Positions 46,378 through 56,504 are shown, counted from the stretch's first letter. The stretch: 64,000 nucleotides of DNA from Deltaproteobacteria bacterium HGW-Deltaproteobacteria-19 (GCA_002841865.1 PHBD01000009.1:55911-119910); one strand, 5' to 3'. The notes: generated by a model not told the origin, from the letters alone. Numbers and translations: made by a program.

Positions 46378-46713
46378 TCATCCCCCTTCCCATCCCTTGA
46401 AACCGCTCAGGGTCGCAGATGCCGGCCCCGGGTGATAGTAAACCTCGTAGGACTCCTTCGCACCGGCGAGGATCTCGATCCGCTGCCGGATCTCCGTCCG
46501 GATTGCCGAATTCATCCACTTGTTCCAATCATCCAGGTTCTGCCAACTGCTGATGACGAGGAATTCATCCGGCTCGTCCAGGCGCTGCAGGGTTTCCCCG
46601 GTGATGTAACCGGTCTGCACCGTAGCCCTGGAACGGAGTTCCTTGATAAGGTTCATGATTTCGTCCCGCATCGCCGGGGGCACTTTCCGCTTGATGAGAA
46701 CTTTCAGGGACAT
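46378..46713 (-). CDS. antibiotic-biosynthesis-monooxygenase (ABM) domain protein
   Basis: Start at the internal ATG 46713, preceded by AGGAGG. 'FLVISSWQNLDDWNKWMNS' is typical of the ABM ferredoxin-like fold. About 111 aa. Confidence 0.7.
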   Translation of the reverse strand: MSLKVLIKRKVPPAMRDEIMNLIKELRSRATVQTGYITGETLQRLDEPDEFLVISSWQNLDDWNKWMNSAIRTEIRQRIEILAGAKESYEVYYHPGPASATLSGFKGWEGG

Positions 46714-46849
46714 GGCTGGCCTCCTTCTGCCGGCTTCGGCATTCGGGCGCCCCTCCGGGCTCCGGTTCCGAAGCGTTATGGGGGTGTCTTGTCCCTGACG
46801 CGCAACCGCCCCGATACAATCCACCGCAAGCGGACCGGGACGGAAGCCG

Positions 46850-47014
46850 TCAGCTCTTTCTGCTGGTCTTGGCGGTGAAGAGGGATATCATCTGCTTGAC
46901 CTTCCTGCCCTTGCACTTGGGGCAGGCGACCTTGGCCTTCCCGTGTTCCGAGATGCTCATGTTCAGGGTGAACTTTTTCCCGCAGTCCTGACATTGGTAA
47001 TCGTATGTCGGCAT
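46850..47014 (-). CDS. FmdB-family zinc-ribbon protein (CxxC-CxxC)
   Basis: Own translation: MPTYDYQCQDCGKKFTLNMSISEHGKAKVACPKCKGRKVKQMISLFTAKTSRKS*. GGAGG RBS. Below the ORF-track size cutoff. Confidence 0.8.
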   Translation of the reverse strand: MPTYDYQCQDCGKKFTLNMSISEHGKAKVACPKCKGRKVKQMISLFTAKTSRKS

Positions 47015-47300
47015 GTCTCAACCTCCTTTCCGCTGTCATTGTCATTCTTTATATCCCGAAGATGGAAACCGAAGCCCGTCGAGTCGATTCCACCCGGGGA
47101 AATTGTCTCTGGATTCACTTTGATGATACCCCATTGGGCGAGTGGATTCAAGAGGGATTCAAGGTTGTTACAAAGTGCCGTGGGGAACCGGAGCGTACTC
47201 AAGGGGGTAACATCCAGGGACGTCCGGCGCTGCAACCGTTTTGCGCCGGGGGGCGGTATTCCGGAACATCTTTCCGCAGGGGCTGCCGTTCTATTTCCCT

Positions 47301-47326
47301 CAGTTATGTCACAATTGACATAACTG
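47301..47326. promoter_or_regulatory. perfect 11-bp-arm palindrome, candidate operator
   Basis: CAGTTATGTCA-caat-TGACATAACTG lies in the AT-richer divergent intergenic region, about 290 bp from each flanking start codon. Confidence 0.5.
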
Positions 47327-47614
47327 TAGGGAGTAAAAAGAGAAATTAGGCTTTACCGACCCTTTCGAGCGTGATAAATTTACGTATCTTTACAAAGGGG
47401 CTCGTTTGTTTCAGGCACCCTGTCTACTTATCCCCGGATGACCCGTTTCGCGTTTCGAGATCTGTGTCCCGGGGAAAATAATCGTCCGAAGGCTAGCGGC
47501 ACGGTCTCAGTGGCAATTCTTTCAACCAAATCCCGGGACCGGCGAACTTCGGGGTCGCGGCCTGTCCGGGACGGTGTTTTTAAGAACGAATACGACAAAG
47601 GAGGTAGTGTGCAT

Positions 47615-48748
47615 ATGAGGAAGCAAAGCGTCTTCATCCGTGGAACCCTGCTCCTGGCGTTCCTGGCAATCCCTGCGCTGATGGGCGGCTGCGTCTACAC
47701 CGGCGGATCGGCCATGGACACCCACAAGAAGGGCATGAGTTCCATCACGGAAGAGGAGTACTTCGTCACCAAGAAACCCGTGGACAAGGCGTTCATTGGG
47801 GCGGCCTGGTCCCGGCAGTTCGGTCCCATCGAGGACCCGGCGACGGAGAACATCCGCACCAAAAAGGAGCGCTCCCTGAGTGGTATTCAGCAGGACTTCG
47901 CCTATAACCTGGGCATCGGCCTGGGCGGGCAGCTCGCAGCCGGCCCGCAGGCCGAGGTCGGGGCCGGAGGGGGTAGCGCCGAGCGGGCCAAGCTGTCGGG
48001 CCTCGAGATCATCTCGCCCGTGACGCTGGCCGACATTCCCTTCGAACCGAAACTGTCCTACGTGACAGAGGCCCTCCGGCTTGCCAACTTCCGGATCAGC
48101 GATGAAAAAAGCAACAAGGCGGGAATCAACGTCGGCGCCGGAACGGTGGTCGGCAGCGGAACCGCCACGGCGGAAGTCGGAACAGGAGCCCGACGGGGTA
48201 CGGAGGGTGACGGTCTGGTGGTGGCCTACAAGCTCCACATGATCGATCCGAAAAGCTACGTGAAGCAGGACTCCGGAAGCGTTCCCCTTGTCCTGGACGG
48301 CGTCGTCGATTTCCCCAAGGCCCACATGATTGCGAAGACACGCCTTCAACTGATCGATCCGGGAACCGGCCGCTCCCTGCCCCGGAATATTCTGTGGGCC
48401 TGTCCGAGGGCCGACGCCAAGAGCCGCGACATGGTGGCTGCCTGGGTCGTTGAGTTGAGGTCCACGGACCCGAAGCGGCGAACCATGAACGTCGCCTTCC
48501 CGGCCTGGCCGGCCATTGAAGAGTGCCAGAACTTCACCGGCGTCATCCACTCCTTTATCGACCCTCTGACGGACAAGATCAACCGGCAGAAAATCAGCAT
48601 CATGCTGATCGACGCGGAAGTAACGGACAATCTGAAGCCAAAGAAGTGGGAGGCCCGTGTTTCCCTTATCGACGAGGCGTTCAACATCAAGATGGTCAAA
48701 CCGGCGGATCTGGAGGCGCCGCGGCAGTCTTCCGGGCAGACCAACTAA
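47615..48748 (+). CDS. lipoprotein of unknown function
   Basis: AAGGAGG RBS. Signal 'LLLAFLAIPALMGGC' (lipobox LMGGC). Gly-rich central segments. No family recognised. Confidence 0.7.
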   Translation: MRKQSVFIRGTLLLAFLAIPALMGGCVYTGGSAMDTHKKGMSSITEEEYFVTKKPVDKAFIGAAWSRQFGPIEDPATENIRTKKERSLSGIQQDFAYNLGIGLGGQLAAGPQAEVGAGGGSAERAKLSGLEIISPVTLADIPFEPKLSYVTEALRLANFRISDEKSNKAGINVGAGTVVGSGTATAEVGTGARRGTEGDGLVVAYKLHMIDPKSYVKQDSGSVPLVLDGVVDFPKAHMIAKTRLQLIDPGTGRSLPRNILWACPRADAKSRDMVAAWVVELRSTDPKRRTMNVAFPAWPAIEECQNFTGVIHSFIDPLTDKINRQKISIMLIDAEVTDNLKPKKWEARVSLIDEAFNIKMVKPADLEAPRQSSGQTN

Positions 48749-48773
48749 TTCACGACATCCAAGGAGTGAAACC

Positions 48774-51272
48774 ATGAAGCGACACCCCTCGTTACGGTTG
48801 ATCCTATGGGTCCTGGCGGTGCTGGTACTGACCGGCTTCGAGGCCTGGGCCAAGAAGCCGGAAGTGATCCGGCACGACGCCCAGTACCTGGACCGCCAGG
48901 TCTCTCTGAGCATCGAATGGCAGTCCTCCGAGCCGGTCGTTTCGGTCCGAGTGGCTGCTGGAAAGGAAGTCAAGAATATCAAGGTCGACGCCTATGACAA
49001 CAAGAGGAACCCGCAGGGCTATTCCGGGGAGGTGAGCGTCGCCCTCCAGGCTGATCCTCTTATCAACCAGGAATCGGTTCCCTACACCATCCAGCTCGTC
49101 GACGATGTCGGACAGAGAAGCACCCTGGTGACGGGCAAGGTGGCCGTCCCCTCCACTTTCGGCAGGCCTTACGGGGACGATGCCTGGGGACGGGAGCGGG
49201 TGGCAGGCGCGGGAATGCCCGCGGCCCAGCAGCCCGATATGATCGACAAGCTCCGTCAGGTGGCGCAGGTACTCGATGCACCACCGTTCCTCGACGATAT
49301 CGTCGTGACCAATCCCAACACGGGGATTGTCACGTTCGCTTCAAAGGCGACGGACAACCTGGGGCTCAGGGAAATCACATTCCGCATCTTCGACTCCACG
49401 AACAAGCAGGTCGATACCCAGCAGATCTCCGCCACAGGAAAGCTCTGGCAGGGAACCTCGCGGGACTTCAACCTGCCTCCGGGGAACTACAAGGTAATCG
49501 GCCAGGCCATCGACTCCGGCGGCAGTACGTCCTCGGAGCGGACCGCCTTCTTCACGATTGGGACGCCTCGGGCTGCCGGGCCCCAGCCGCCGCAGACCCC
49601 CGTGGATGTTGCCACGGCGCTGACGATTACGATCCTTCCCGCCGAGGTCCTGGCGAAGGGTGCCCAGTGGCAGATCCCCGGCGGCACCTGGCTGAACAGT
49701 GCCGACAGCGTCAAGACGGGCCTCAAGACGGGCTGGTATGACGTGACATTCAAGGACGTGGCCGGATGGAAGAAGCCCGAGACCCTGAAGGTGAGCGTAG
49801 AGGCCGGAAAGACGGCAACGGGGACGGGCACTTATTCCCTCGACACGAGCTTCTCGAAGACATGGACGACGAATGCCGATTTCGAGTCGGGAACGATGGT
49901 CGGCGTCGAGGACAAGACCATTCCCGACCAGCTCCAGCTCAGCAAAAGCATCTCCACACTCCCCTTCATCTGGGTGCCCAATTCCAACGAAGGGACCATC
50001 TCCAAGGTGGATTCCAAGACGGGCAATGAACTGGGCCGCTATCGGACCGGTCCCGGCACCAACGGTAGCCCCTCGCGGACGACCGTCGACCTGAAGGGCA
50101 ATTGCTGGGTCGGCAACCGCGGAACGGGAACGGTCGTCAAGGTCGGTCTCAACGAAAACGGCCAGTGCGTGGATCGGAACAAGAACGGCACGATCGAGAC
50201 CTCCACGGGCGCCACGCCCCTGGCCTGGGGCGCGGATGAGTGTGTCCTATACGAGGTGGTCGTGATTCCCGGCAAGGAGGGTACATACAGTCCGGGCGAA
50301 TACAAGGGTACCTACGACGGGAACCCCGGTCCCCGGGGCATCGGGATCGATGCGAACAACAACCTCTGGGCCGGAACCTACGGCACGCACAAGTACTACA
50401 ACGTAGATGGCGCGACCGGAAGAATACTGAAGACATATGACGTCCCGGGCCACAATCCCTACGGTGCCGTCGTCGATCCCCGCGGCATTGTCTGGTCCGC
50501 CGACCTGGCGAACAGCTACGTCGGACGGCTCGATCCGGCCACCGGCGCGTTCAGCAAAATCAAGACGGGCCAAACCTACGGCATGGGGATGGACAAGAAC
50601 AACCATCTGTTCATTGCCGGCTGGTGCTCCAATACCCTGACCCGGGTCAACACGACCACCGGCACGATCGAGTGGCAGAAGCCGACGGGCGACAGCTGTT
50701 CCCGCGGCGTTGCTCTGACCAACGACGGAGACGTGTGGGTGGCCAACTCGAGCTCCAACAATGTCTCCCGCTGGTCCAATGACGGCATGAAGAAGGCCAC
50801 CATCTCCGGCTTCAACCATCCCACGGGGGTGGCTACGGATTCCGACGGCAAGGTCTGGGTGGTCGATTACGGTGATGCCTTCATCAAGCGGATCGACCCG
50901 GCGACGAACCGGGTGGATCTAGAGAAGTCGGTGGCCGGTCCCCACTACGGCTACAGCGACATGACGGGCATCGTAGCCCGTTCCGTCACCACCATGATCG
51001 GCACCTGGACGGCCGCTTACGACGCCAAGTCCGATGCAGCCAAATGGAAGGCCGTTGTCTGGACGAGTACCGAGCCGGCCGGAACGTCCCTGAAGGTGAA
51101 GGTCCGCAGTTCCAAGGATGGGAAGGCCTGGTCGACTTGGGAGGACGCCGCGAAGGGTGTGGATCTCAAGGCCACACCGGCGGGCCGATACCTCCAGGTG
51201 GAGGCGACGCTCCAGATCCAGTCGGGAACGGCCTCGCCGGTCCTGAGCGACCTGACCGTACAGGGGATGTAA
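48774..51272 (+). CDS. secreted multi-domain protein: Ig-like domains plus beta-propeller (Vgb/NHL-like blades)
   Basis: Signal 'LILWVLAVLVLTGFEAWA'. At least six repeats of the type 'GDVWVANSSSNNVSRW' and 'GKVWVVDYGDAFIKRIDPATN'. About 832 aa from ATG 48774 (AAGGAG RBS). Confidence 0.75.
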   Translation: MKRHPSLRLILWVLAVLVLTGFEAWAKKPEVIRHDAQYLDRQVSLSIEWQSSEPVVSVRVAAGKEVKNIKVDAYDNKRNPQGYSGEVSVALQADPLINQESVPYTIQLVDDVGQRSTLVTGKVAVPSTFGRPYGDDAWGRERVAGAGMPAAQQPDMIDKLRQVAQVLDAPPFLDDIVVTNPNTGIVTFASKATDNLGLREITFRIFDSTNKQVDTQQISATGKLWQGTSRDFNLPPGNYKVIGQAIDSGGSTSSERTAFFTIGTPRAAGPQPPQTPVDVATALTITILPAEVLAKGAQWQIPGGTWLNSADSVKTGLKTGWYDVTFKDVAGWKKPETLKVSVEAGKTATGTGTYSLDTSFSKTWTTNADFESGTMVGVEDKTIPDQLQLSKSISTLPFIWVPNSNEGTISKVDSKTGNELGRYRTGPGTNGSPSRTTVDLKGNCWVGNRGTGTVVKVGLNENGQCVDRNKNGTIETSTGATPLAWGADECVLYEVVVIPGKEGTYSPGEYKGTYDGNPGPRGIGIDANNNLWAGTYGTHKYYNVDGATGRILKTYDVPGHNPYGAVVDPRGIVWSADLANSYVGRLDPATGAFSKIKTGQTYGMGMDKNNHLFIAGWCSNTLTRVNTTTGTIEWQKPTGDSCSRGVALTNDGDVWVANSSSNNVSRWSNDGMKKATISGFNHPTGVATDSDGKVWVVDYGDAFIKRIDPATNRVDLEKSVAGPHYGYSDMTGIVARSVTTMIGTWTAAYDAKSDAAKWKAVVWTSTEPAGTSLKVKVRSSKDGKAWSTWEDAAKGVDLKATPAGRYLQVEATLQIQSGTASPVLSDLTVQGM

Positions 51273-51360
51273 GGCGAACAATGGATTGATCGTCCAGTCC
51301 GGGCGGCCGGTGCCGCCGGGACTGGACCTCTCCGGAACGATACGATAAGGAGGAGGCACA

Positions 51361-51714
51361 ATGAAACGATTCTTCTATCCGGGACTGATGCTGGCGTTCC
51401 TGCTGGCCGCCGGGCCGGCCCTGGCCCAGGGGCTCTCAGCCGGCAAGTATGTCATGAACAGCGGGACCATGCAGGTGACGATGGAAGTCAATACCCTGCC
51501 GGACGGGAAGTACTTCATCAATGCCAACGGGAGTGGCGGCGGGAAGAACTGCCGCATCGGGGACCTGGGGGAACTGAGGGGCGGCAGCCTCGTCCTGGGT
51601 GTCTGCGAAATGGGAATCCGCATCGGCGGGGACGGCTTCGATCTCCAGGACGCCAGGGGATGCGCCCAATGCGATCCGGGAGCTTCCGTGTCCGGGCATT
51701 ACGTGAAGAAATAA
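51361..51714 (+). CDS. small secreted protein of unknown function
   Basis: 117 aa. Signal 'LMLAFLLAAGPALAQG'. AGGAGG RBS. Confidence 0.65.
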   Translation: MKRFFYPGLMLAFLLAAGPALAQGLSAGKYVMNSGTMQVTMEVNTLPDGKYFINANGSGGGKNCRIGDLGELRGGSLVLGVCEMGIRIGGDGFDLQDARGCAQCDPGASVSGHYVKK

Positions 51715-51748
51715 CCGAACATTCTGAAGAAGCGGAGGTGGCCGATTC

Positions 51749-52708
51749 ATGAAGAAAATCCTGTTAGCCTTCTGTCTGTCTTTCCTGGTTGCCATCTTCC
51801 TCGTTCCGGCGGACCTGGTCGCCCAGGATTCCGGAAGAGGAGAAATCAACTGGGTGAAGGGATACATCAGTGCGACCGGACACGGCGCCGCCACCCGGGG
51901 AAGCCTGGCCCAGTCCCGGCCCCTGGCGAGGCGTGCCGCTGTCAGTGACGCCCAGCGAAACCTGCTGGAGGTCATGAAAGGGGTAAAGATCGACTCGTCC
52001 ACTACGGTCGAGAATTTCGTCGTTTCCTCTGACGTCATCCGGGCCCATGTTAACGGGGTTGTCAAGGGTGCCCACATCGTGAAGGGATCGGAGAAATACG
52101 AGCCCCAGCCCGATGGGTCGCTTCTCGCGTCGCTGGAGATGAGGGTGTGCATCACCGGAAACTGCGGGGCCTCCCGCTCCTCCCTGGTTCAGGCCCTGGG
52201 GGTCGACCGGATCAAGCCGCCGGCGTACGTGCCGCCGCCGGCCCCGCCTCTTCCTATTCCACCCCCTCCTCCCCCTGCGGCACAGGCCCCGCCGACAACT
52301 GTCCCGCCGGCAACTGCCCCGCCGCCGAAACCTGTCTATACTTGTGACCTGACGAAGCCCATAACGGGTCTGGTCATCAATCTCGAGGGACTTTCATTCG
52401 AACGGGTGCTGCTCCCGGTGGTCGTCATGGAGGACGGGCAGACCGGCCTGTTCACCGTTTATTCAGCCAAGAACGTGAAGCCGGCGGTGGTCCGCACCTT
52501 CGGCGTCGTCCGTTATGCCGACTCGGTGGACCATGCCCTGAAGGGAAATCCGCAGATCGGCGCCAATGTCCTTGTTATCCCGGCATCGGCGATCACGAAG
52601 GAAAACATGATCGTCATCAAGAGCAATGATCGCCGCGTCATCTTCGAGACGACCTGCCACGGCAACGACTACCTGGCGGATGCCAAGGTCGTGATTGCCA
52701 ACCAGTGA
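51749..52708 (+). CDS. secreted LPP20/FlgP-like domain protein with Pro-rich linker
   Basis: Signal peptide. 'GYISATGHGAA...ARRAAVSDAQRNLLEVMKGVKI' resembles the LPP20 family. Linker 'PPPAPPLPIPPPPPPAAQAPPTTVPPATAPPPKP', then a C-terminal domain of unknown family. Confidence 0.65.
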   Translation: MKKILLAFCLSFLVAIFLVPADLVAQDSGRGEINWVKGYISATGHGAATRGSLAQSRPLARRAAVSDAQRNLLEVMKGVKIDSSTTVENFVVSSDVIRAHVNGVVKGAHIVKGSEKYEPQPDGSLLASLEMRVCITGNCGASRSSLVQALGVDRIKPPAYVPPPAPPLPIPPPPPPAAQAPPTTVPPATAPPPKPVYTCDLTKPITGLVINLEGLSFERVLLPVVVMEDGQTGLFTVYSAKNVKPAVVRTFGVVRYADSVDHALKGNPQIGANVLVIPASAITKENMIVIKSNDRRVIFETTCHGNDYLADAKVVIANQ

Positions 52709-52728
52709 TACTTTCGGATGTTATATAC

Positions 52729-52759
52729 GGAGGGGCTCCCGGTGGAGCCCCTCCGTTTT
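52729..52759 (+). terminator. rho-independent terminator
   Basis: Perfect 11-bp stem GGAGGGGCTCC / GGAGCCCCTCC, loop CGGT, followed by GTTTTG. Confidence 0.85.
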
Positions 52760-52865
52760 GCCTGCAATCCCGGCCGGATCAGCGACATTTCCCCTCCTGA
52801 ATCCCCTTTTCGACACAATATATAGTGGTATCTCGCCCTGATAACCCTTCTAATAGTATTTCCCC

Positions 52866-52894
52866 TTTACAAGCGGGATTGCTTTTGTTAGATT
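52866..52894 (+). promoter_or_regulatory. candidate sigma-70-type promoter of smc
   Basis: TTTACA-17 nt-TAGATT ends about 38 nt upstream of the smc ATG. Sequence resemblance only. Confidence 0.35.
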
Positions 52895-52931
52895 CCGCCC
52901 ATCGGGAATCCTCCCGGACTGTGGAATTGTT

Positions 52932-55900
52932 ATGAGACTTCAACGGCTCGAAATAACGGGTTTTAAATCTTTCCGGGATCGCATTGTCCTTGATTTCTCG
53001 GAGGGCATCAGCGGCGTTGTCGGGCCCAACGGGTGCGGCAAGAGCAACGTCGTCGACGCCGTCCGGTGGGTCATGGGTGAGCAGCGGGTGAAAGCCCTCC
53101 GGGGCAGGAAGATGGACGACGTGATCTTCAACGGGAGCGAGGAGTCCGCCCCGGTGGGCCTGGCGGAAGTCACCATGGTCCTGGCCGACGACGGCCGCAG
53201 TTTTCCCGAGCCCTACGAAGCCATGACGGAGGTCAGCATCACCCGGCGGATCATCCGCGACGGCGACAGCGAATATTTCATCAACAAGGTTCCCTGCCGC
53301 CTTCTGGATGTCCGGGAGTTCTTCCTGGGGACCGGAGTAGGCGTCCGGGGTTATTCCATGGTGGAGCAGGGGAGCGTCTCGAGCCTCGTGGAGGCCAGGC
53401 CGGAGGAGCGGCGGCAGTTCATCGAGGAGGCGGCGGGCATCTCCAAGTTCAAGAGCCGCAAGGAGTCGGCCATCCGGAAGATGGAGACGACCCGGCAGAA
53501 TCTCACCCGCATGAACGACATCATCCGGGAGGTGAAGACGCAGCTGAACGCCATCTCCCGTCAGGCAAAACGGGCCGAGCAGTACAAGGCCCTGCGGAAG
53601 GAGATCCGGGAGGGCGAAATCGTCCAGATGCTGCAGGCCTATGCGGATCAGACGGCCCGGAACACGACCCTGGAAGAGACCCGCAACGCCGCCCGGGAGA
53701 AGGAGGAGGAACTCCGGGGAAAGCTCGGTGTGTCGGAAGCGGCCTGGGAAGCAGCCAAGACGGAGGCCGTGGCCCGGGAAGGAGATCTGAATCGACTGCA
53801 GGAGACCCTCTACGAGCTCCGGAACGTCATCTCGTCCAGGGAACAGTCGATCGCCTTCCAGCGCCAGCAGACGGAGGAGCTGACCCGGCAGCGGGAGCGG
53901 GAGACCGAAGAGATCGGACAGCTCTCCGGCCGGGTGGAGGAGTTCCGGCGCGAAACCGCTGCGGGAGAGGTCCTCGAACAGGAACTGTCGGACGAGATTC
54001 TCACGGCTGAGGCGGACCTGCGGGATCTCCAGGAAGCGCTGGAGGAATACCGTCAGCAGGATCGGTCGGCCCACCGCGAACTGGAGGAAAGGAAAGTCCA
54101 GTTCATAGAACTGATCAAGGAAAAAACGACCGCCAGGAACCGGCTGACGGCCCTGCAGAAGAACCGCGAGGACCTGGAACGCCGGGAGGCCCGGGACGGC
54201 CGGGAGCTGGATGAACAGACCCGCCGCAAGGAGCAGCTCCGGGAGACCCTGGCGGGGCTTGCCACCGGGCTGGCCGAGGACGAAGGGAACCTGGACGACC
54301 TGATCATCCGGAGGGGGGATGCCTCCGACGAATTGAAACGCACCCGTCTGGAACTGGAGGAGACGGACGAGCTCATCACGGAGCGCAAACAGGAATTGGG
54401 GCGGCGATCTTCCCGTCTCCAGTCGCTCCGGGAGTTTTACGAGGGGTACGAGTGGTGCGGCGAAGGGACGCGCGCTCTCCTGGGGAACAAGCAGGAGAAG
54501 GCGCCGGAAGGCCTTCCCCGGGAGTCCTTCCTCGGCCTCGTGGCGGATCATATCGATGTTCCCAGGGACTACGAGGCGGCCGTGGAGGCCGTGCTGGGCG
54601 ATAAGCTTCAGTATATCCTCGTGAAGAACCAGTTCGACGGCGTCAAGGCCATCGATTACCTCAAGAGCGGCGCCTTCGGGCGGTGCAGCTTTGTCCCCGT
54701 CGAGGTCCGAAACTATGCAGACGGCGGAAGCGCGACGCCGGTCCACCTCCAGGAGACCGTGCGACTCCTCGATGTTGTCCATGTCCGCGAAGATTTTCAT
54801 GACGTGGCCTCCTGCCTGCTGGGGGATGTCCGGGTCATCCCCGACCTGTACCGCGGTGTGTCCCTGTGGAGGCAGAACGGGTTCCGCGGCACCTTCGTCA
54901 CCCGGGACGGGGATCTCATCAGCCCGCACGGGGTCGTGACGGGGGGCGTCGCCTCGGGCGGGGAACGGAGTCCCCTGCAGAACAAGCGGGAGATGACGGA
55001 ACTGGAGGCTGAGGTCCAGTCCCTGGAAGATGCAATCTCCGAAGCGGTGGACCGGAAGAAGGAATTCGCCTCGCTGATCGCCCAGTGGGAAGAGGAACTC
55101 GTCCGACTGCGGGGCGAGGTTCACCGGATGGAGATCCAGATCAACGGCCGTCGGAAGGACTTGGAGCGCTACGAGGACGAGTCCCGGCGCATCGACCAGC
55201 GGCTCCGGGTCCTGGGGTTCGAGCGGGAGCGCCTCCAGGCGGAGGAGCAGGAACTCGTCCGGCAGGTGGAAGAGGTGCAGGTCGATCTGGCTTCCTGGGA
55301 AGCGCGCGAGAAGTCCATGAGCGACGAGATGGCGGGCATCCAGAGCCGATGGGACGGGATCCGGGCCGACCTCGAGGACCGGGAATCCCTCCTGACGAAT
55401 CGGAAAGTAGGCATGGCCGCCCTCCAGCAGCGCCGGGAGGCCAATGAGCGGACGCTGGAGCGGCTGCACCGCTCCCTCGATCAGACCGTCCGGGATCTCG
55501 AAGCCCGGCAGGCAGGCATCGAGACGGCCGTCCGGAAGCTGGCGGAATACGCCGCCCGGATCGAGGAAGACAAGGCCGTCCTGACCGCGTCTTATCAGGA
55601 AATGGAGGCCTTGGAGGCGGACCTCGGCGCCCGGAAGGAAATCCACCGGAAGCATGAGGAGGACCTGCGCACCCTGGAGGAAGGCATGCGGATCCTCAAG
55701 GGGCAACTCGAGGAGGCGGCGCGGGGGACGAGCGACTGCGAGCTGGCATGCCGCGAGATCGCCTTCCAGATGGAATCTCTCAAGCAGAATCTGCAGGCCC
55801 GGGACCAGGACGAAGTGGCCCGCCTGCTCGAATCGTTCCGGCCGATCGAGGAGGAAGCCCTCCGGGAGCTCCAGGAGAAGCTGGAGCGGAACCGACGAAC

Positions 55901-56504
55901 CCTGGAGGGTTTCGGGGAGGTGAACCTGCTGGCCGACGAGGAATACGCCCAGCTGAAGGAGCGTTTCGATTTCCTGACCGCCCAGGCGGAGGACCTCCAG
56001 AAGTCGCTGGACATCCTCCAGCAGACCATCACCCGGATCAACCGCATTTCCCGGCAGCGATTCGCCGAGACCTTCGAGGCCGTGAACGCCTGTTTCCGGA
56101 GCGTTTTCTCCCGCCTCTTCCCCGGAGGCCGGGGGGAGCTCCGCCTTACCGACGAGACGGACATGCTCGAGACGGGAGTGGACATCGATATCCAGGTCCC
56201 GGGCAAGCGGACCCAGAACATCACCTTGCTCTCGGGCGGGGAAAAATCCCTCGCCGCCATCGGGCTGATCTTCGCCATCATCCTGCACCGGCCGTCCCCT
56301 TTCGTGATCCTGGACGAAGTGGACGCCGCCCTCGACGACGCCAACATCTCCCTCTTCAACCGCCTGGTCCAGGAGATCGCCGCCTCGTCGCAGATCATCA
56401 TGGTGACTCACAACAAGCGGAGCATGGAGATAGCCGGGAGCCTCTACGGTGTGACCATGCAGAAGCAGGGGATATCCACCGTCGTCTCCGTGAATCTCCA
56501 GTAG
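52932..56504 (+). CDS. smc: chromosome segregation protein SMC
   Basis: 'MRLQRLEITGFKSFRD...VVGPNGCGKSNVVDAVRWVMGEQ' Walker A, long coiled coils and a hinge. C-terminal 'LLSGGEKSLAAIGLIFAI' signature and 'FVILDEVDAALD' Walker B. Confidence 0.95.
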   Translation: MRLQRLEITGFKSFRDRIVLDFSEGISGVVGPNGCGKSNVVDAVRWVMGEQRVKALRGRKMDDVIFNGSEESAPVGLAEVTMVLADDGRSFPEPYEAMTEVSITRRIIRDGDSEYFINKVPCRLLDVREFFLGTGVGVRGYSMVEQGSVSSLVEARPEERRQFIEEAAGISKFKSRKESAIRKMETTRQNLTRMNDIIREVKTQLNAISRQAKRAEQYKALRKEIREGEIVQMLQAYADQTARNTTLEETRNAAREKEEELRGKLGVSEAAWEAAKTEAVAREGDLNRLQETLYELRNVISSREQSIAFQRQQTEELTRQRERETEEIGQLSGRVEEFRRETAAGEVLEQELSDEILTAEADLRDLQEALEEYRQQDRSAHRELEERKVQFIELIKEKTTARNRLTALQKNREDLERREARDGRELDEQTRRKEQLRETLAGLATGLAEDEGNLDDLIIRRGDASDELKRTRLELEETDELITERKQELGRRSSRLQSLREFYEGYEWCGEGTRALLGNKQEKAPEGLPRESFLGLVADHIDVPRDYEAAVEAVLGDKLQYILVKNQFDGVKAIDYLKSGAFGRCSFVPVEVRNYADGGSATPVHLQETVRLLDVVHVREDFHDVASCLLGDVRVIPDLYRGVSLWRQNGFRGTFVTRDGDLISPHGVVTGGVASGGERSPLQNKREMTELEAEVQSLEDAISEAVDRKKEFASLIAQWEEELVRLRGEVHRMEIQINGRRKDLERYEDESRRIDQRLRVLGFERERLQAEEQELVRQVEEVQVDLASWEAREKSMSDEMAGIQSRWDGIRADLEDRESLLTNRKVGMAALQQRREANERTLERLHRSLDQTVRDLEARQAGIETAVRKLAEYAARIEEDKAVLTASYQEMEALEADLGARKEIHRKHEEDLRTLEEGMRILKGQLEEAARGTSDCELACREIAFQMESLKQNLQARDQDEVARLLESFRPIEEEALRELQEKLERNRRTLEGFGEVNLLADEEYAQLKERFDFLTAQAEDLQKSLDILQQTITRINRISRQRFAETFEAVNACFRSVFSRLFPGGRGELRLTDETDMLETGVDIDIQVPGKRTQNITLLSGGEKSLAAIGLIFAIILHRPSPFVILDEVDAALDDANISLFNRLVQEIAASSQIIMVTHNKRSMEIAGSLYGVTMQKQGISTVVSVNLQ

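Noticed and set aside
47470-47530. Sigma-54-like GGCAC element upstream of the lipoprotein operon
   Set aside because: The GC dinucleotide of the -12 box is not at the required spacing from the GG (GGCACGGTCTCAGTGGC). There is no TTGC element.
52779-56411. 1210-aa ORF antisense to smc
   Set aside because: Same codon-aligned antisense artefact. The sense strand encodes an unmistakable SMC protein and the antisense product is low-complexity.
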